A stretch of DNA of 64,000 bases from an uncultured Candidatus Binatia bacterium (GTDB lineage: Bacteria; Desulfobacterota; Binatia; UBA9968; JAJDTQ01): contig OZ244869.1 in assembly GCA_965221155.1 (NCBI GenBank), positions 5,087,627 to 5,151,626 of the forward strand, read 5' to 3'. Shown here piece by piece: positions 60,884 through 64,000 of this stretch. The notes below the pieces were generated by a model. The model was not told the origin of the DNA. It did no database searches and saw only the letters and a program-made list of their open reading frames with translations. Position numbers and translations under genes: made by a program. Position 1 is the first letter of the stretch; every line of letters starts with the position of its first letter.

Positions 60884-61939
60884 ATGCGCGTCGCCATGTA
60901 TTACAGCAACGATGACGTCCGGTTGGAGGAGCTGCCGGTGCCCCGGGCGGGTCCGGGCGAGTTGCTGCTCCGGGTCCAGGCCAGCGGCATCTGCGGCACC
61001 GACGTCATGGAATGGTACCGGCGCAAGCAGGCGCCGGTGGTGCTCGGACACGAGGTCACCGGCGAGGTCGCCGACGTCGGCTCCGGAGTGAAGGGGTTCG
61101 CGCCCGGAGACCGCGTCGTCACCACCCACCACGTGCCCTGCAACGAATGTCACCACTGCCGCTCGGGCCACGCCTCGGTGTGTCAGCTAATGCGGCAGAC
61201 TCACTTCGACCCCGGGGGCTTTGCCGAGTACCTGCGGCTGCCCAAGGTCAACGTGGATTTCGGCACCTTCCTGCTTCCCGACTCGCTTTCCTTCGTGCAG
61301 GGCTCCTTCGTCGAGCCGCTGGGCTGTGCCGTCCGGGCGCAGAACCACGCCCATGCGCCCCTGCAGGAAACCGTGCTGGTCATCGGCACCGGCATCGCCG
61401 GTCTGCTCAACGTGCAAGTGGCACGGAGCCGCGGCGTCAAGACCCTGGTGGCCACGGATATCAACGAGGATCGCCTGCGCCTGGCGCGCTCCCTGGGCGC
61501 GCACCACACGTTCCACGCTACCGACGATGTACCGGCCCGCCTGCGGGAAGCCACGGGCGGACGGCTGGCGGACCTAGTGATCGTGTGCACAGGAGCGGCC
61601 CCGGCGATTCGGCAGGCGTTCCAGAGCGTGGAGCGCGGCGGCAGGCTGCTCTTCTTCGCCTCCCCTCCCGAGGGACACGAGGTGCCCGTGCCGCTATACG
61701 AGATGTGGCGCGACGAGGTCGGCCTGGTCACCTCGTATGGCGCGAGCCCGCGGGATTTGAAGGATTCGGTAGATCTTTTGGCAAGCGGCAAGATCAACGT
61801 GGATGAGCTCGTCACCCACCGGCTTACGCTGGCCGAGACGGGGAAAGGCTTTCAACTCGTGGCCGACGCCCGGGATTCGCTGAAGGTCATCATCGAGCCG
61901 CAACGCACCGGACGACCGTCGGCTGCCCCGCATCGTTGA
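60884..61939 (+). CDS. Zn-dependent dehydrogenase (sorbitol/iditol type)
   Basis: GICGTD, GHE, HHVPCNECHHC...C, GTGIAG. Confidence 0.92.
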   Translation: MRVAMYYSNDDVRLEELPVPRAGPGELLLRVQASGICGTDVMEWYRRKQAPVVLGHEVTGEVADVGSGVKGFAPGDRVVTTHHVPCNECHHCRSGHASVCQLMRQTHFDPGGFAEYLRLPKVNVDFGTFLLPDSLSFVQGSFVEPLGCAVRAQNHAHAPLQETVLVIGTGIAGLLNVQVARSRGVKTLVATDINEDRLRLARSLGAHHTFHATDDVPARLREATGGRLADLVIVCTGAAPAIRQAFQSVERGGRLLFFASPPEGHEVPVPLYEMWRDEVGLVTSYGASPRDLKDSVDLLASGKINVDELVTHRLTLAETGKGFQLVADARDSLKVIIEPQRTGRPSAAPHR

Positions 61940-61968
61940 CTTGCGTCACGTCGTGTAAGGGACCTCCA

Positions 61969-62646
61969 ATGTACAAACTGCTATCACGTCGTCGTTTTTT
62001 GGCGTTTCTTCTCGGCAGCGTCAGTACCATATCTCTCACACAACGCGCTTACAGTTACCAGCTATGCGGTTACGACAACCTTCCCCCGTACATCTGCGAC
62101 GCTGCAATAAAGAGTCAGAAATTCCGTCGCGTCGGCGCGTATCAAGAAACGATGGTCTGGTGCTGGGCCGCTGTCCTACAGATGATATTTGCGTGGTACG
62201 GGAAACAAGTCTCCCAGAGCCATCTCGTCGCGCAGACATATGGCGCCGCGATCCCCACAACAATCGACCCTCATACGTTACTCCGAGCCACAAATGGTTA
62301 CTATCACGACGACCACGGCGACCGTTTCACGGTCCGGAGCCGCATCTTCTCGGCTGACTTTGGGATATCTCAGTTGACGAACTGCGACATCATTGAGTCC
62401 TTGCGTAACGAACGACCTTTGGTGATCTGCAATCAATCGCACATGATGGTGCTGATCGGCGTAACATATGACCGGCGATCCGATTGTGAACTGCCCAACA
62501 TCAGCGCCGCATGGGTCGCCGACCCTTACCCACAAACTTTGTGGGCACTAGACATGGGCCCGGGCTTTCGCGACTTACCTCGGTCGGACCTGACACTCCC
62601 ACCACACGGCCAACTCAGATTCCTTGCCGACATCCGTGTCGCTTAG
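61969..62646 (+). CDS. Putative Tat-exported papain-like (C39-like) cysteine peptidase
   Basis: SRRRFL signal; Q..(x)..WCWAA, H.MVL.G and DP triad pattern; lower GC. Confidence 0.7.
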   Translation: MYKLLSRRRFLAFLLGSVSTISLTQRAYSYQLCGYDNLPPYICDAAIKSQKFRRVGAYQETMVWCWAAVLQMIFAWYGKQVSQSHLVAQTYGAAIPTTIDPHTLLRATNGYYHDDHGDRFTVRSRIFSADFGISQLTNCDIIESLRNERPLVICNQSHMMVLIGVTYDRRSDCELPNISAAWVADPYPQTLWALDMGPGFRDLPRSDLTLPPHGQLRFLADIRVA

Positions 62647-62836
62647 TGGCGGAAGCACACGTGCGTATGTATCGACAGGGGGACAGCGATATGTCGGGAG
62701 ACAGCGGACAACGGTTGTTCCGAGGCCCCTCCTTCTTGAACGGATCGCGAGGTTGGGAGTTGGCCTTGGTACGCGGGGAATGGATTGCCGACTCAGCCGA
62801 GACGACGCACCCCACGGAAAACGGCCTCGATCTGGC

Positions 62837-63043
62837 TTATTCGATCTCCGACACCTCAGGCTGCGCTTCCCTGACCTTCCCCGCGGCTATCTCCCGCAGG
62901 GCTACGACGATCTCGCGGTTGTCGGCGTCCACCAGCGGCTTGGCGCCTTTGAGGAGCTGTTTGGTGCGCTGGGAACCGAGCATCACCAGCTTGAAGCGGT
63001 TGGTGACCTCGTTGAGGCAATCTTCGACGGTTATTCGTGCCAC
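62837..63043 (-). CDS. rpoZ: RNA polymerase omega subunit
   Basis: (M)ARITVEDCL...[13 protein letters not shown]; AGGAG RBS. Confidence 0.96.
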   Translation of the reverse strand: MARITVEDCLNEVTNRFKLVMLGSQRTKQLLKGAKPLVDADNREIVVALREIAAGKVREAQPEVSEIE

Positions 63044-63119
63044 GGGAAGTTCTCCTGTTCTATGAGCCTCGGCGCCAGCCGAACCGGATGGCCGCGTCGT
63101 TCTTTCCGATGGTGTGGGC

Positions 63120-63146
63120 ACGGGCGGGTTTGAAACCCGCCCCTAC
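63120..63146. repeat. GTAG-type REP (family A)
   Basis: ACGGGCGGGTTTGAAACCCGCCCCTAC. Confidence 0.9.
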
Positions 63147-63202
63147 GGGCGTCGACTCCAGCCAGCGGAAAGAAATCGTACCCGTCCGTATCCTGCCGCC
63201 AT

Positions 63203-64000
63203 TTACGCGATACTCTGCTGCTCCATAGGTTCGTGCTGCTCCGCCGTCTCGATCTCGAAGCCGAGGTCCTCGATCATCCGATGGGCGTCGGTGGCGGCCT
63301 GACCGGACGTGGTCAGGTAGCCGTTGACGAAAATCGAGTTTGCCGGGTAGAGGCTCAGCGGCTGCAGCGAACGCAGGTTGACCTCCCGGCCGCCGGCAAC
63401 GCGGATCTCCTTGCTCGGGTTCACGAACCGGAACAGGCACAAGACCTTGAGGCAGTACTGCGGCGTCAGGTTCGAGCGCCCTTCCATGGGGGTTCCCGGG
63501 ATGGCGTGCAGGAAATTGACCGGGATGGAGTCCACGTCCAACTCCCGCAACGACACCGCCAGGTCCATGACATCTTCATTCTGTTCGCCCAGGCCGATGA
63601 TGCCCCCGCAACAGGTGGACAACCCCGCGGCCTTGACGCTCTCCAGGGTCGCCACGCGGTCGTCATAGCTGTGAGTGGAGACCACCTCCGGGTGGTAGCG
63701 GCTGCTGGTGTTCAGGTTGTGGTTGATCCGTTCGACGCCGGCATCCTTCAGGATTCGCGCCTTGGACTCCGTGAGCAGCCCCATGCACGCGCAGATGTTG
63801 ATGGGGACCCGGCTCTTGATCTCGGCCACGGCCTCGGCCATCTTTTCCGTTTCCTTGAGCGTCGGGCCGCGGCCGCTGTTGACCAGGCAGAAACGCATGG
63901 CGCCCGCCTGCTTGGCCTTCACGGCGGCGTCGACGAGCACCTCCTTGGCGACGAACGGGTACTTGTCGATTTCGGCGTCGGAAACCGACGATTGGGAGCA
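63203..64000 (-). CDS. bioB: Biotin synthase (5' end outside the window)
   Basis: NHNLNTS, CCGGIIGLGE, SIPVNFL, IRVAGGRE, ANSIF..YLTT. Confidence 0.96.
   Translation of the reverse strand, partial: CSQSSVSDAEIDKYPFVAKEVLVDAAVKAKQAGAMRFCLVNSGRGPTLKETEKMAEAVAEIKSRVPINICACMGLLTESKARILKDAGVERINHNLNTSSRYHPEVVSTHSYDDRVATLESVKAAGLSTCCGGIIGLGEQNEDVMDLAVSLRELDVDSIPVNFLHAIPGTPMEGRSNLTPQYCLKVLCLFRFVNPSKEIRVAGGREVNLRSLQPLSLYPANSIFVNGYLTTSGQAATDAHRMIEDLGFEIETAEQHEPMEQQSIA

Overview
High-GC bacterial chromosome segment; gene content resembles Deltaproteobacteria-like lineages such as Binatia (inference only). About 1-32 kb is mostly a minus-strand housekeeping run (TAXI receptor, tRNA-Asn, two ABC half-transporters, purN, purM, rnc, mtaB, mnmA, cysE, cimA, lysC, tsaE, nnr, pdxJ, glmM, folP, ftsH, tilS), interrupted by a small lower-GC DUF262+HEPN cassette. 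About 32.2-56.7 kb is an accessory/defence island: a helicase/DUF1156/DUF499 locus collapsed by several internal deletions, toxin-antitoxin pairs in which four toxins are broken, two Fic genes, a YhaO/YhaN-like nuclease-ATPase pair, and a Rieske dioxygenase + dehydrogenase + MIO-less ammonia-lyase module. The last 7 kb holds an LLM monooxygenase with two alpha/beta hydrolases, an LsrF-like aldolase/thiolase, a Zn-dehydrogenase, a Tat-type papain-like protein, rpoZ and partial bioB. The most striking non-genic signal is a set of at least five interlocking palindromic repeat families. They include about 29 GTAG-type REPs (with a 14-copy 52-bp tandem array) and CTAG-bounded MITE-like elements whose central hairpin is interchangeable. 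Some repeats supply stop codons and C-terminal tails of core genes. All family assignments are from motif recognition by eye; no database search was run.
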